Notes: generated by a model from the sequence alone, not told the origin. A stretch of DNA of 64,000 nucleotides from Kiritimatiellia bacterium (GCA_017962605.1 JAGCUY010000217.1:7412-71411); one strand, 5' to 3'. Positions 1-9,430 are shown, counted from the stretch's first letter. Numbers and translations: made by a program.

Positions 1-1279
1 AGTGGAGGTTGCCATTGGAGCGCCCCTGGTAAACCGTCAGCACGCCTTCCGAATTTCGTGTGACGGCGTAGAATGTCCATTTATCGGGTTCGACATCGAA
101 TGTGCCCATGTCGATGCGCCCCCTGTCCGCACAACCGGCGTTGAAGCAGACGCCGGGAATCTCCACGCCATCCGTTCTCTTTGAGGCTACGAGCGCGACG
201 CCGGGGTTCGCGCCGTCCCTCCAGTCCTTGTTGGAGAAGAGCACCGGGTCCCCCGTCTGCCTTGCTGGCAGGCGGGCCCAGATAATCGCGGCAAAGTCGC
301 CCCCATTCTCGAAAACTGGTCTTGCGCCATCCCCAGTTATGAGTCCATCATCAAGGGCACGCGACGCCGCACTGGCGGCGGCCGTCAGCGGCCGTCCGTC
401 AAGGCCGAGCGCAACGGGGTCGAGGCCAAAGTGGGCCAGCGCCGTCGCCGTAATGTCGTAGTGGCGCGGGGAGCCGGGGAGGCGGCCGGAGGGGGTGTGC
501 CGGCCAGAGATGACAAGCGGAATAGTCGATGCCTGTCCGCCCCACATGCCGTGTCCGCGTCCGTATCCGCCATGGTCAGCCGTGACGCCGATCAGCCAGT
601 CTTCCCGGTCAAATGTCGGACGACTTTTTATCGCGGCGAGCGCGGAGGCGATGTAGGTGTCGATTGTCTCCAATGCTGGCAGGTAATCTGCGCCGAATGG
701 GTAGAAGCCCGTCCCGTGGCCAGCGTCGTCGGGAAGGTTGATGAAATACTGTATGGCGTCAGGGGCATCCGGCGCGGAGAGCAGCTCGCCTATCCTCCTG
801 CCGTTGTTCACGTCGGAGTCATGGATGAACCTCACATTCGGGGTGCGTGGGTACTGGTTGCCCTCGCCCCAGGCGAAGACAAAAAGCCCGCTTGTTCCGG
901 GGACTTCCTTCGTCACCCTCGCCAGCCACGTGGGCCATCTGGCGTAGTCGCCGTCCTTGGTCTCGCCGTTATTGAAAACGCGCGACTTTTCGGCGTTCAC
1001 GGCAGTGAGAATGGCCGTGTGGTTCGCGGCGCTGGAAGGCCGGGCGTCTGGAACCGTCTGCCCAGTAAGCGACCATGCGCCGGAATATCCCGGAGCCCAG
1101 GAGCCGTCGCGAAGGCTTTCGACGGCCGGCATCCGAGCAGCGGCCAGCGCGTCGGCCCGCGCGCCGTCAAGCATGATCAAAAGCGCCTTTGGCCTGCTGT
1201 CCAGTGCTATCTGGGGGCCAGCAGCGAAGGAATGTATGGCGGCGCCGAGCGCCGCAACGATGAATGTGAGGTTCTTCAT
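1..1279 (-). CDS. Secreted alkaline-phosphatase-superfamily (type I phosphodiesterase/nucleotide pyrophosphatase-like) protein with a C-terminal LamG/ConA-like domain; runs off the left window edge
   Basis: Not in the ORF track because there is no stop in the window. Manual translation from ATG 1279 is open to position 1: MKNLTFIVAALGAAIHSFAA (signal peptide), LIMLDGARAD, PSSAANHTAILT, LPDDAGH, VTADHGG (AP metal ligands), then DPVLFSNKDW..GANPG and WTFYAVT (LamG-like). Confidence 0.8.
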   Translation of the reverse strand, partial: MKNLTFIVAALGAAIHSFAAGPQIALDSRPKALLIMLDGARADALAAARMPAVESLRDGSWAPGYSGAWSLTGQTVPDARPSSAANHTAILTAVNAEKSRVFNNGETKDGDYARWPTWLARVTKEVPGTSGLFVFAWGEGNQYPRTPNVRFIHDSDVNNGRRIGELLSAPDAPDAIQYFINLPDDAGHGTGFYPFGADYLPALETIDTYIASALAAIKSRPTFDREDWLIGVTADHGGYGRGHGMWGGQASTIPLVISGRHTPSGRLPGSPRHYDITATALAHFGLDPVALGLDGRPLTAAASAASRALDDGLITGDGARPVFENGGDFAAIIWARLPARQTGDPVLFSNKDWRDGANPGVALVASKRTDGVEIPGVCFNAGCADRGRIDMGTFDVEPDKWTFYAVTRNSEGVLTVYQGRSNGNLH

Positions 1280-1290
1280 TTGCCACGATA

Positions 1291-2043
1291 TTACCTCATT
1301 ATTATGACAAACAAGTCATCCCATGGCCAGTCGAGAGACGCTTCGAGCGGCGTTCCAAGCGGGTCACCGGAGCCGTCGAGAGCAGCAAGCCGCAATGTGT
1401 AGGCGCCTCGGGTTGTTGGGTGCTGAAAGGGAAATGCACCACTGGCGTCCGCGTCCCACGAGCCGAGGGTCTTCGTCTCGACGACGGCGCCGCCGTCGAG
1501 CGGTGCGCGATCTAGCGTTAGAGCCACGCTAGCCGCACCAGCGAACCAGCCAGTCGAATAGGCGACATCATGCGGGAGACGGTTCTGCCGCCCGTCCGCG
1601 TTAACAGCCCGCTGGAGTTTGTCCGCATCCATGTCAGCCAGCGTCTCAGAGGAGAAGCCGGAACCGACGCCAATCCCGACGTCGGCGGAGATTTCGCCGA
1701 CAATGGCGTCGTTCTCATCGAACGAGCGCAGCACCAGATGGTGCGCGCCGGTCGCGGCAAGCGTCACAGAGCCGCTGGCCGAGGCCGCAGATGCGGGAAC
1801 AAGTGTGTTCGTGGACGGGGAGAAGGTGCCAAAGTGCAGGATGTCGAGAAGTTCGACATGGCCTGCCACGGCGCCGCCTTCCACAAACATGGTGTCGTAA
1901 CGCACGGATGCCGGGGCGGCGCGGCGGGCGCTGCCGTCGCTCATGTCAATAGATGACGGTTGCGACCAAGCCGTCGCAGACACGTCAGCGAACGCCGGCG
2001 AGGCTGCGACTAGCAGAGCGCAAAGAATGGGGATTCGTCTCAT
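1291..2043 (-). CDS. Secreted hypothetical beta-rich protein ending in LFVIIMR
   Basis: ATG 2043 follows a strong SD (AAAGGAGG). Signal peptide MRRIPILCALLVAASPAFA. Confidence 0.75.
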   Translation of the reverse strand: MRRIPILCALLVAASPAFADVSATAWSQPSSIDMSDGSARRAAPASVRYDTMFVEGGAVAGHVELLDILHFGTFSPSTNTLVPASAASASGSVTLAATGAHHLVLRSFDENDAIVGEISADVGIGVGSGFSSETLADMDADKLQRAVNADGRQNRLPHDVAYSTGWFAGAASVALTLDRAPLDGGAVVETKTLGSWDADASGAFPFQHPTTRGAYTLRLAALDGSGDPLGTPLEASLDWPWDDLFVIIMR

Positions 2044-2064
2044 GGCGTTTCCTCCTTTCAAATT

Positions 2065-3393
2065 CTATTTCGCCGTCACCACCACGCGGAAGCCGTAGAT
2101 GCGGCTGGAGGCGGAAACCTGCTCGTGGTTTCGGTCATACACGGTCACCTGGTTTTCCGCGAAGGCATAGTTGCCGCCTCGCAGGATGCGGCCCTCCGTG
2201 AAATAAGTTGGATTTGCAGGATCCGTGCGCGGATCAACAAACGAATATCCGGCTCCCGTGGGACGCCTGGTCCTGTAGCCGTCGCCGCACCATTCGGCGA
2301 CATTCCCGAGCATGTCATAGAGTCCCCAGTTGTTTGGCGCGTAGGATCCCACCTTGCCGGTTCCGGCGGCCGTGGAGATCGTGCCATCCTTGCTGTTCAT
2401 GGTGAGACCCGTCACTCCGGTTGGCGAATTCGCGGTGCGGGCGTAGTTCTTTATGGTGCTGGACGTCACGCCCGTCCAGCCAAACTCGTAGTCCGTCCCG
2501 GCGCGGGCCGCGTATTCCCACTGGGATTCTGTCGGGAGGTCAATCCATGTCATGCCGGTGCGCGCGCGGAGATTGGCGATGAACGTCCCAGCCACGCAGT
2601 TTGTCCCGCTGGCCGGATCGCTGTCCAACCAGCCGGTCTCCCCGCGAATTGCCTGGAAGGACACTTGCTCAACGGAGCGGGTGGCCCGGTATGTCGTGTT
2701 GGAGTAGAAACTGGGCCATGTGCCCTGGACCTGATACCACTGCTGCTGCGTGCACTCGAAAATACCGATGTAGAACGGCCACGAGTGCGTGACCTCGTGC
2801 GACGCCCAAGCGGAATTCGGGGAACTCATATAGCCGTCGTAGCCCATCGTAAAGGTCCCGGCGGGGCAGCGGCGGAGCCACATCTCCGTGGTGCGGCAGG
2901 TGTCATCTGAAATGTCCGGCGCCTGAGTGGTGTAGCGCACCGGGTATTCGCCAGCGCCAGCGCTGGGACCGGCGGAGAGGTCGATTACCATGTAAACGGG
3001 CGCGGTGTCGCCAAGGGGCGTCACGGTGACACGAGCGGAGAAGTTGGAGGTGACGAGGCCGGGATACTGCGCTTCAAGATCCCAGGTGAGGCGATGCACG
3101 CCGTCGCCAGATACGATTGGCTCCGTCAGTAGCGTCGTTGCGCCCACCTCGTCGCCCTCGATGCCAGGGAAACGAGCCGCCACATCAACCTGGTAGAGTG
3201 TTCCGGCATCCGTGCCAGAGAGGGTGAAGTCGATATCGACCAGATTGTTCCAGGGCCAGCGCTGACGCGCAGTGATGTCCGAAACATCTAGCGCGGACGA
3301 GGCCGACACAGTGCCGATTGCACAGACTGCCGCGAGGGAGGCACGGCGGATGGAGAATCCGTGCGCGGATGTTGATGAATTCATGAACTTCAT
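2065..3393 (-). CDS. Secreted FGE-sulfatase (SUMF1/EgtB/PvdO, C-type-lectin fold) domain protein
   Basis: Motifs PAGTFTMG, FECTQQQW, LPTESQWEYAARAG, PNNWGLYDMLGNVAEWC, RGG..YGFRV. Start moved to ATG 3393, which follows AAAGG. Confidence 0.9.
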   Translation of the reverse strand: MKFMNSSTSAHGFSIRRASLAAVCAIGTVSASSALDVSDITARQRWPWNNLVDIDFTLSGTDAGTLYQVDVAARFPGIEGDEVGATTLLTEPIVSGDGVHRLTWDLEAQYPGLVTSNFSARVTVTPLGDTAPVYMVIDLSAGPSAGAGEYPVRYTTQAPDISDDTCRTTEMWLRRCPAGTFTMGYDGYMSSPNSAWASHEVTHSWPFYIGIFECTQQQWYQVQGTWPSFYSNTTYRATRSVEQVSFQAIRGETGWLDSDPASGTNCVAGTFIANLRARTGMTWIDLPTESQWEYAARAGTDYEFGWTGVTSSTIKNYARTANSPTGVTGLTMNSKDGTISTAAGTGKVGSYAPNNWGLYDMLGNVAEWCGDGYRTRRPTGAGYSFVDPRTDPANPTYFTEGRILRGGNYAFAENQVTVYDRNHEQVSASSRIYGFRVVVTAK

Positions 3394-3546
3394 GGTGTTG
3401 CCTTTCGCATGGTTAATTATTTCGTTCGCTAGGGCTTTCGGCCCTTGCCGCGGCCCCGGCCACGGGACACAGCCCAAGCGAACAATAATTATTTTACACC
3501 ACGCCCCAATGAAAGAGTGCGACTTTTTGAAACTATTTTTTCCAAC

Positions 3547-4668
3547 TCACGAACGCAGATATTCCGCGAAAAACGGATCCGCCAGACGACAGCGGCCACT
3601 AATCTGCTCTATGTGCCCGTCCTCTATAAGCTTTTTCTTCGCGGAATTGACGGTGGATGACGCGCCAAGCGAATGCCGGCTTCTATAGCCATCGTCGAAC
3701 TCCGTGGCGCTTTCCCGCGCAAGGGCTAGCAGAAGTTTCTTCTGCGCTGCTGAGAAGTTGAGCATTAGCTGCTCATACTGATCCCGGTTGAATCCAGCCA
3801 GTCGCGCGTATGCGGCATCGACATCCTCCGGCCCTGCCATTCTTCGCCCATCATCGTCAACCAGGCGAAATGTCTCGAAGGCAAGCTGCTGGACATAATA
3901 GGGGATGTTTTCGATTTTCGTGACGAGCCGACGCGCCGCCGGGGCGGAAATGGACAGCCCGCCGCTCTTGAAGCGCTTCGCCACGAACGCCGCGCTCTCC
4001 TCTTCCGGAGGCTTGTCAAGCAGCATCGTCAAGGCGGATTTGTAAAAAGGCCGGTTGTGGTCGGTGAACATTCGGCGGAGGATGTGGTAGCGACTTCCAA
4101 GAAACAGATACGACACGTCTCCATGCCTTTGGATGACAGAGCGCATGACCCCTTCGAAGCCGTCTTCTGGCAGTAAATCCTTAACCTCCTGAAATTCATC
4201 CAGCACCACGACAACGCGCCGTCCGGAAGCAAGTTTCTGCGGGAGGTCCAGCACTTCGGAAAGCTCCTCCTGCCCCATCGCGGCAGCCGCCGCGTCAAAT
4301 GAGACCCCCGCCTCCCCGTTCGCGTCAATTGTCAGCTTGGGGCGCAATCTCTTGAAAAAGGATGCGACCTGCCCGACACCGAACCGCACTGGCGCCAGCT
4401 TCCGGTAAATTTTCGTCGCGTAGGCGTTGATGAAAATGTCCAGTGTCGGCATCTTCACCATATCCAGTGACACGCATATCACGCCGGCCTTTTCCAGCGA
4501 CGCCACCAGTTCCGCGACAAGCGAACTCTTCCCATAGCGCCTAGGCCCATATAGGACGACATTCGTCTGCCCGCTCAGGAAGCGCGAGCGCAAGTCCGCC
4601 AGCATTTCCCGTCGATCATAGAAATTCTCGCCCGTGGCCAGCTGAAGGTAATTGAAAGGATTTTTCAT
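3547..4668 (-). CDS. AAA+/archaeal-ATPase-family ATP-binding protein with probable C-terminal winged helix
   Basis: FYDRREML, Walker A GPRRYGKS, Walker B VVVLDEFQ, C-terminal DPFFAEYL. Confidence 0.85.
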   Translation of the reverse strand: MKNPFNYLQLATGENFYDRREMLADLRSRFLSGQTNVVLYGPRRYGKSSLVAELVASLEKAGVICVSLDMVKMPTLDIFINAYATKIYRKLAPVRFGVGQVASFFKRLRPKLTIDANGEAGVSFDAAAAAMGQEELSEVLDLPQKLASGRRVVVVLDEFQEVKDLLPEDGFEGVMRSVIQRHGDVSYLFLGSRYHILRRMFTDHNRPFYKSALTMLLDKPPEEESAAFVAKRFKSGGLSISAPAARRLVTKIENIPYYVQQLAFETFRLVDDDGRRMAGPEDVDAAYARLAGFNRDQYEQLMLNFSAAQKKLLLALARESATEFDDGYRSRHSLGASSTVNSAKKKLIEDGHIEQISGRCRLADPFFAEYLRS

Positions 4669-4756
4669 GCAGAAATACTACCAAAGTCCTCACGAAAAAT
4701 CAAACGAGAACTGACGAAGAATTACGTTACTTAGAATTTCGTCAGCAGCGTGGCGG

Positions 4757-5920
4757 TCACAGTCGCGTCCGGCGCCATTCGCGCATGGAGACGTGGAAGC
4801 GGGAGAGGAAGAGCTTGCGCAGTTCGCCGTCCGTGCGGAAGCCGCAGAACGTGGCGATGGCGCCGATGGGGACGTCGCGCCTGGCCAGCAGTTCCAGGAC
4901 CCGTTCGAGGCGGACCTGCAGAATTTCCTCAAGGACGCTATGCCCCATCGCTTCGCGGAAGCGCATCTCGAACAAATGACGGGAGCCACTGAATCGCGAG
5001 GCCAGTTTCGCAGCGGTCAGGCCATCGCACGCCTTGGCGCGAATCGTCTCGACCGCCTTCAGTATGTATGGTTCGCGTCGCCCGCGCCCACGCGTCGAAA
5101 CGCGGCGCTCAACCAGCAACGGACCAAAGGTGAGGGTGCCTCCGCCAAGAGCCTTCGCGGCCAAATAGCCTGCAAGTTCATAGTCAATGCGGACGCTGGA
5201 AGTCAGCAATTCGCGATTCTGTTCCGGAGGGCTGACCACATTGTCGGCGCCAACGAGGGTGGCGGCGTATGGGAGCGAACGCCAGACAGATTTGAACGCT
5301 CGTGAAACCTCATACGCGGTAACATCGTTGACCGCGAAGACTGCGCTGCGTGGCGGGAGCGCCGCAGCCCATTTGGCCAGCCGCACCTCCCGGGCCTCCA
5401 GCGTCTCTCCGTTCCGGGCGGGAAACGTCGCGCACGACACTCCGGCCTCCTGGCAACACGCGCGAAATGCCGCGACGCGGTCGCGCGACCACTGGCATGG
5501 CTTGCGGTATCCAACCGCCGCGTATGCTTGCGGAAGCCCAAGGGATAGTTCGCGGAAGGCCATCTGCGCCACGGCTGCGTTGTCGCAGACCACGGATGCC
5601 ACACTGCGCCAAGGGAGTCGCTGCGGCGGGTCAAGATAGACAACAGGGGTCTTGCCGAAAAGGCGAGGCGGGAGACTGCGGATGTCAAAGCGCGCAGAGC
5701 ATTCGGCGATGCAGCCCGCCACACGGACACGGGCGAGAAGTTCCGGCAAAGTCTCCGGCTCTAAGCGCTCCATCGTCGCAACCCGGAATCCATGCTGCTT
5801 GGCGAAACGTCGGACGCCAGCCAGTTCCCGCCGGTACTTCTCCTCCCCTGCGTGGAAGTCGAGGCAGAGGATCGTTCCAGCGGACCGGCCGTCCTGATGG
5901 CTATTTCGCGCCCTGTCCAT
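4757..5920 (-). CDS. XylR-type regulator (LacI-like ligand-binding domain + AraC HTH)
   Basis: VFAVND, LVGADN, SSV..DYELAGY, and AraC-like FEMRFREAMGHS..RLERV..CGF. Start placed at ATG 5920, 7 nt after a TGCTATAAT promoter. Confidence 0.85.
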   Translation of the reverse strand: MDRARNSHQDGRSAGTILCLDFHAGEEKYRRELAGVRRFAKQHGFRVATMERLEPETLPELLARVRVAGCIAECSARFDIRSLPPRLFGKTPVVYLDPPQRLPWRSVASVVCDNAAVAQMAFRELSLGLPQAYAAVGYRKPCQWSRDRVAAFRACCQEAGVSCATFPARNGETLEAREVRLAKWAAALPPRSAVFAVNDVTAYEVSRAFKSVWRSLPYAATLVGADNVVSPPEQNRELLTSSVRIDYELAGYLAAKALGGGTLTFGPLLVERRVSTRGRGRREPYILKAVETIRAKACDGLTAAKLASRFSGSRHLFEMRFREAMGHSVLEEILQVRLERVLELLARRDVPIGAIATFCGFRTDGELRKLFLSRFHVSMREWRRTRL

Positions 5921-6009
5921 GCAACCCATTATAGCACATCGATGCGGCGACCCCGGCGGTTTTGCCAGCATGGATTCCTTCCCGCCATTGTGCTACCATA
6001 GATGCTGCC
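5921..6009. promoter_or_regulatory. Divergent extended -10 promoters for the xylR-like gene and the nitrilase-GDPD gene
   Basis: Minus: TGCTATAAT (-10 at 5933-5928). Plus: TGCTACCAT (-10 at 5994-5999). Confidence 0.6.
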
Positions 6010-7641
6010 ATGAAAGCACGCATCATCCAATACCGCTTCGGCCCGGAGCCATCCGACCTCGACGCCAATTTCCAATGGATTCTCAATGAGCTCGACGCCT
6101 GCGACGACTCGCTTGACGTCATTGTCCTGCCTGAGGGCTGCGACGCGCCGGCACCGGATGCCCCTCCGGCGCCAGGTTCATCCGCCGCTTCGGCGGCTAG
6201 CCACGCGGGCTCGCGCGAAAAGCCCCTTCTTGCGGCTGTCGCCGCGACGGCGCGGCGCTGCCATGCCGCCGTATTCGTGAACTCCTATGCCGAAACCCCT
6301 ACCGGCACACGCAACCGCACTTTCGCCTACGGCCCCGACGGCGAGTTTGCCGGCTTCTACGACAAGCAGAACCTCACACCGGGCGAGCACAAGAAGCTCG
6401 ACGACTCCTACACGCGTGAACCGTCGGCGCCGACTGTCATCAACATTGGCGGCGTCCGCTACGCCTTCCTTACCTGCTACGACTTCTATTTCGTCGAGCA
6501 ATGGGCCGCCCTGGCGCGCGTGCAGCCGGATGTCATCATCGGCTGCTCGCGCCAGCGCACCGACACCCACGAGGCGCTGTCCTTCCAGAACCGCACCTGC
6601 GCCTACGCAACCGGCGCCTACCTCCTGCGCGCCAGCGTGAGCATGGGCGCGGACAGCCCCACCGGCGGCTGCTCTTGCGCCATCGCGCCCGACGGCAAAG
6701 TCCTCGGCGAATTCACAAACGAGGTCGGCCACTTCGACGTCGAGTTCGACCCGCACGCCAAGTATCTCAAAAAGGCCGGCTATGTCGGCAACATCGTATC
6801 CACGCACCCCGAATACGTGGAGCGCGGACGGCGTCCATGCAAATACCGCCCGGGCGGCAGCGCCATCGCGCCCTTCTTCGCAGAGCTGCCCGCGAAGCGC
6901 CTCTGCGCCCACCGAGGGCTACACGGAGCGGCCATCCCCGAAAACAGCCTCCCTTCGCTTGCCGCCGCCACGGCGCTCGGCGCTTCGGAAATCGAGTTCG
7001 ACCTCTGGCCAACCGCCGACGGCATTCCCGTCTCGCTCCACGACAACACGCTGGAGCGCGTCAGCGACGGCAATGGCAACATCCGCGAAAAGACATTCGC
7101 GCAACTGGCCGGCATCGATTTCGGCAACAAGGCCGACCCCTGCATGGGCGGACTCGGCGTCCTGACCTTCAAGGCGCTGATGGACAAGCTCGCCTGCCAT
7201 GCGTCGATGAACATCCACATCAAGGGGCGCGGGGCCAAGGACGGCGATTGGAGCGATGAGGCACTGGCATCCGTCGTCCGCGAAATCGACGACCACGACG
7301 CACGCCGCCACGTCTATTTCATGACCAGCGACGGCGACCTCCAGCAACGCCTTGCAGCAATTGCGCCCGACATCCCCCGCTGCATGGGCAACGACAGCCT
7401 TCAAAACCTGAACCGCCCCGACATCGTGGACTACGCCATCAAATACAATTGCCAGATGGTGCAGCTATTCAAGCCATACTTCACGCAATCGACCATCGAC
7501 AGGGCGCGTGAGGCCGGCATGCGGATAAACGTTTTCTGGAGCGACGACCCTGAGGAGGCGAAGCGCTTCCTCGAAATGGGCGCGGACACCATCCTCACCA
7601 ACAGCTGGCTAAAGCTCCACAAGGCGCTCGCCATGAACTAG
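6010..7641 (+). CDS. Carbon-nitrogen hydrolase (nitrilase family) fused to a glycerophosphodiester phosphodiesterase (GDPD) domain
   Basis: Nitrilase triad LPE / YDK / TCYD in the N-half. GDPD motifs AHRG, PENS, EIEFD, HD..LER in the C-half. Start at MKARIIQY. Confidence 0.85.
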   Translation: MKARIIQYRFGPEPSDLDANFQWILNELDACDDSLDVIVLPEGCDAPAPDAPPAPGSSAASAASHAGSREKPLLAAVAATARRCHAAVFVNSYAETPTGTRNRTFAYGPDGEFAGFYDKQNLTPGEHKKLDDSYTREPSAPTVINIGGVRYAFLTCYDFYFVEQWAALARVQPDVIIGCSRQRTDTHEALSFQNRTCAYATGAYLLRASVSMGADSPTGGCSCAIAPDGKVLGEFTNEVGHFDVEFDPHAKYLKKAGYVGNIVSTHPEYVERGRRPCKYRPGGSAIAPFFAELPAKRLCAHRGLHGAAIPENSLPSLAAATALGASEIEFDLWPTADGIPVSLHDNTLERVSDGNGNIREKTFAQLAGIDFGNKADPCMGGLGVLTFKALMDKLACHASMNIHIKGRGAKDGDWSDEALASVVREIDDHDARRHVYFMTSDGDLQQRLAAIAPDIPRCMGNDSLQNLNRPDIVDYAIKYNCQMVQLFKPYFTQSTIDRAREAGMRINVFWSDDPEEAKRFLEMGADTILTNSWLKLHKALAMN

Positions 7642-7651
7642 GGCCGGCGAC

Positions 7652-9247
7652 CTACTTCAGCCGCCATATCCTGAGCGGCGTGTGCTCCTGCCCGAAATCC
7701 GGGACAATGCAATCCAGCACGTAGCGCTCCGCCAGCGCGGCATCGATGACCGCTCGTTCCGCGTCGTTCTTCTTCAGTTCAGGCGCCGACATCGAAAAGG
7801 CGTAGTCCGACAGCGCAACCAATTGATAGCGCCCGCTTCGAATCGCCTCAAGCGCCAGGTTCCTGTTCAGCACGTGGAAGCGGCGCGCCTCGTCGTCGGA
7901 CAAGTCGGCAAAATAGCCAAAGGGCCCCATCTCAAACCCCGGCGGCACGCTGCGTCCAGAGTCAACGGCCAGATAGGCGTCCTGCGTGAGAAGCGGCTCG
8001 CCAGGAGGGAACATCACATCCACATTCCGCGCCGTCAAATGCATGGCCCAGACATCGGGCTTCGCCTTCTTCTCAACCCAGAAGCGATCCTTGCGCAGGA
8101 CAAGCCACGACTCGTTCATCGGCGACGTGAAGGCGAACAGCGCCGCAGCGACGGCGAAGGCAAACAGCAGCGGCCCCTGGCGCGACTCGTCGGCTGCAGA
8201 CCAGAACAGCGCCGACGCGGCAATGGCTGCCAGCGGCATGATGGGGGTCTGGTAGTCGTCGTAGGGGAACGGTGCTGACACATGGACAAGGAAGGCCGCC
8301 GCGAAGGCGGCAAGGGCCATCCAGCAGAAGCCGCGAAGGCAACCCTGACTCGCGGGCCCTTCATCCTGACTCACGGGCTCCGCCCCGCGTACACATTCTC
8401 CCCCTCCCCGTGCAATCGCAATAATTCCAAGCATCACCAATGGCATGTAGTTCCGCGCGAGCCTGGAGACCGACCCCAGCGGCAGCGACAATCCGCCGCC
8501 GGCGCGGCCGCCGTGGAAGAAATTGGCGAAGGCGAATGCCTCCCAATCAGCCATAACGAAAGGCAGAAGCCCCGCAGCGAGGCCAAGCGCGCCGCCTATT
8601 CCAAACCAAAGCCAAAGCCCCGGATGACGCCGCCGCACAGCCAGCAGCCACAGGCCAATGACCGGAAGCATCGCGCCCAGGGAAAGGCGCGTCGCCGCAG
8701 CCAGGGCCAGCAACGCACCTCCAGCAACGCCGCACGCCACCACAATTGCGCGCCTGCTAGCAGTCCATGCGCAAGCCAAAGCAAGGGCGCCGCCGGAGAC
8801 GAACAGCGAGGCCAACGCGTATGTCTTGGGGATAACCGTGAAGTAGGAATGCGCCACGTTGCACTGGAGAAGCAGGAAAACCGTAGCTCCGGCGACCAGG
8901 CGCCTCCCCTGCCCCGCAAGGCGCGCCGCCGCCAGCGACGCCAGCACCGATGCCAGCAGGCCGAACTGCGCCGTCAGCATGCGCCCGCCAAGAACGCCAA
9001 TGTGCGACCATTGCGAGACCAGCGCTCCGTAAACGGCCGGCATCATAGGCGCCTGCGTGAAGAAGAAGTCGCGATAGGGCCGCGCCCCGGCGGCGAAGTT
9101 CCTCGCCGCGAGCAGATACCACCCCTCGTCCAGGTTCAGCGGGCCGAGGACGGTGTTCGCCACAATTAGAGCCAATGCCAGAAGCACCGCCAGCACCACG
9201 GCGGCGGACAGCCAGAGGTTTTTTATTTTTGCGGCATCAACCTTCAT
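7652..9247 (-). CDS. Polytopic membrane glycosyltransferase, GT-C fold (ArnT/PMT-like)
   Basis: DEGWYL..A and PYRDFF..Q.P after TM1, followed by many hydrophobic segments. Confidence 0.7.
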   Translation of the reverse strand: MKVDAAKIKNLWLSAAVVLAVLLALALIVANTVLGPLNLDEGWYLLAARNFAAGARPYRDFFFTQAPMMPAVYGALVSQWSHIGVLGGRMLTAQFGLLASVLASLAAARLAGQGRRLVAGATVFLLLQCNVAHSYFTVIPKTYALASLFVSGGALALACAWTASRRAIVVACGVAGGALLALAAATRLSLGAMLPVIGLWLLAVRRRHPGLWLWFGIGGALGLAAGLLPFVMADWEAFAFANFFHGGRAGGGLSLPLGSVSRLARNYMPLVMLGIIAIARGGGECVRGAEPVSQDEGPASQGCLRGFCWMALAAFAAAFLVHVSAPFPYDDYQTPIMPLAAIAASALFWSAADESRQGPLLFAFAVAAALFAFTSPMNESWLVLRKDRFWVEKKAKPDVWAMHLTARNVDVMFPPGEPLLTQDAYLAVDSGRSVPPGFEMGPFGYFADLSDDEARRFHVLNRNLALEAIRSGRYQLVALSDYAFSMSAPELKKNDAERAVIDAALAERYVLDCIVPDFGQEHTPLRIWRLK

Positions 9248-9251
9248 CACC

Positions 9252-9427
9252 AATTCCTATTCCCAAATCCCAATTCTCAAATCTTAAATATCAAATATAA
9301 AATCTTAAATCTCAAATTCAAAATTCTTAGATTTCAAATCTCAAATCCCTTTTCCTCTTCTCAAATTTCAAATTTCAAATACCCAATCTCAAATCTCAAA
9401 TCTTAAATCCCAGATTCCCATTTCCAG
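9252..9427. repeat. Degenerate 7-bp tandem array (~25 units, consensus AAATCTC/AAATYYY)
   Basis: aaatccc aattctc aaatctt aaatatc ... aaatttc aaatttc ... aaatctc aaatctt aaatccc. AT-rich island in a GC-rich genome. Confidence 0.9.
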
Positions 9428-9430
9428 TCT

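Noticed and set aside
431-1402. Long + strand ORF of 323 aa, and similar antisense ORFs such as 24631..26169, 27262..28419, 55668..56987 and 13758..14873
   Set aside because: These are shadow frames opposite well-supported genes and are expected at high GC; they show no recognisable motifs.
2065-3393. Complete diversity-generating retroelement
   Set aside because: No reverse transcriptase, avd or template repeat was recognised in the window.
3547-4668. STAND/Avs-type defence ATPase
   Set aside because: It is short, with no effector or TPR sensor domain and no defence neighbours.
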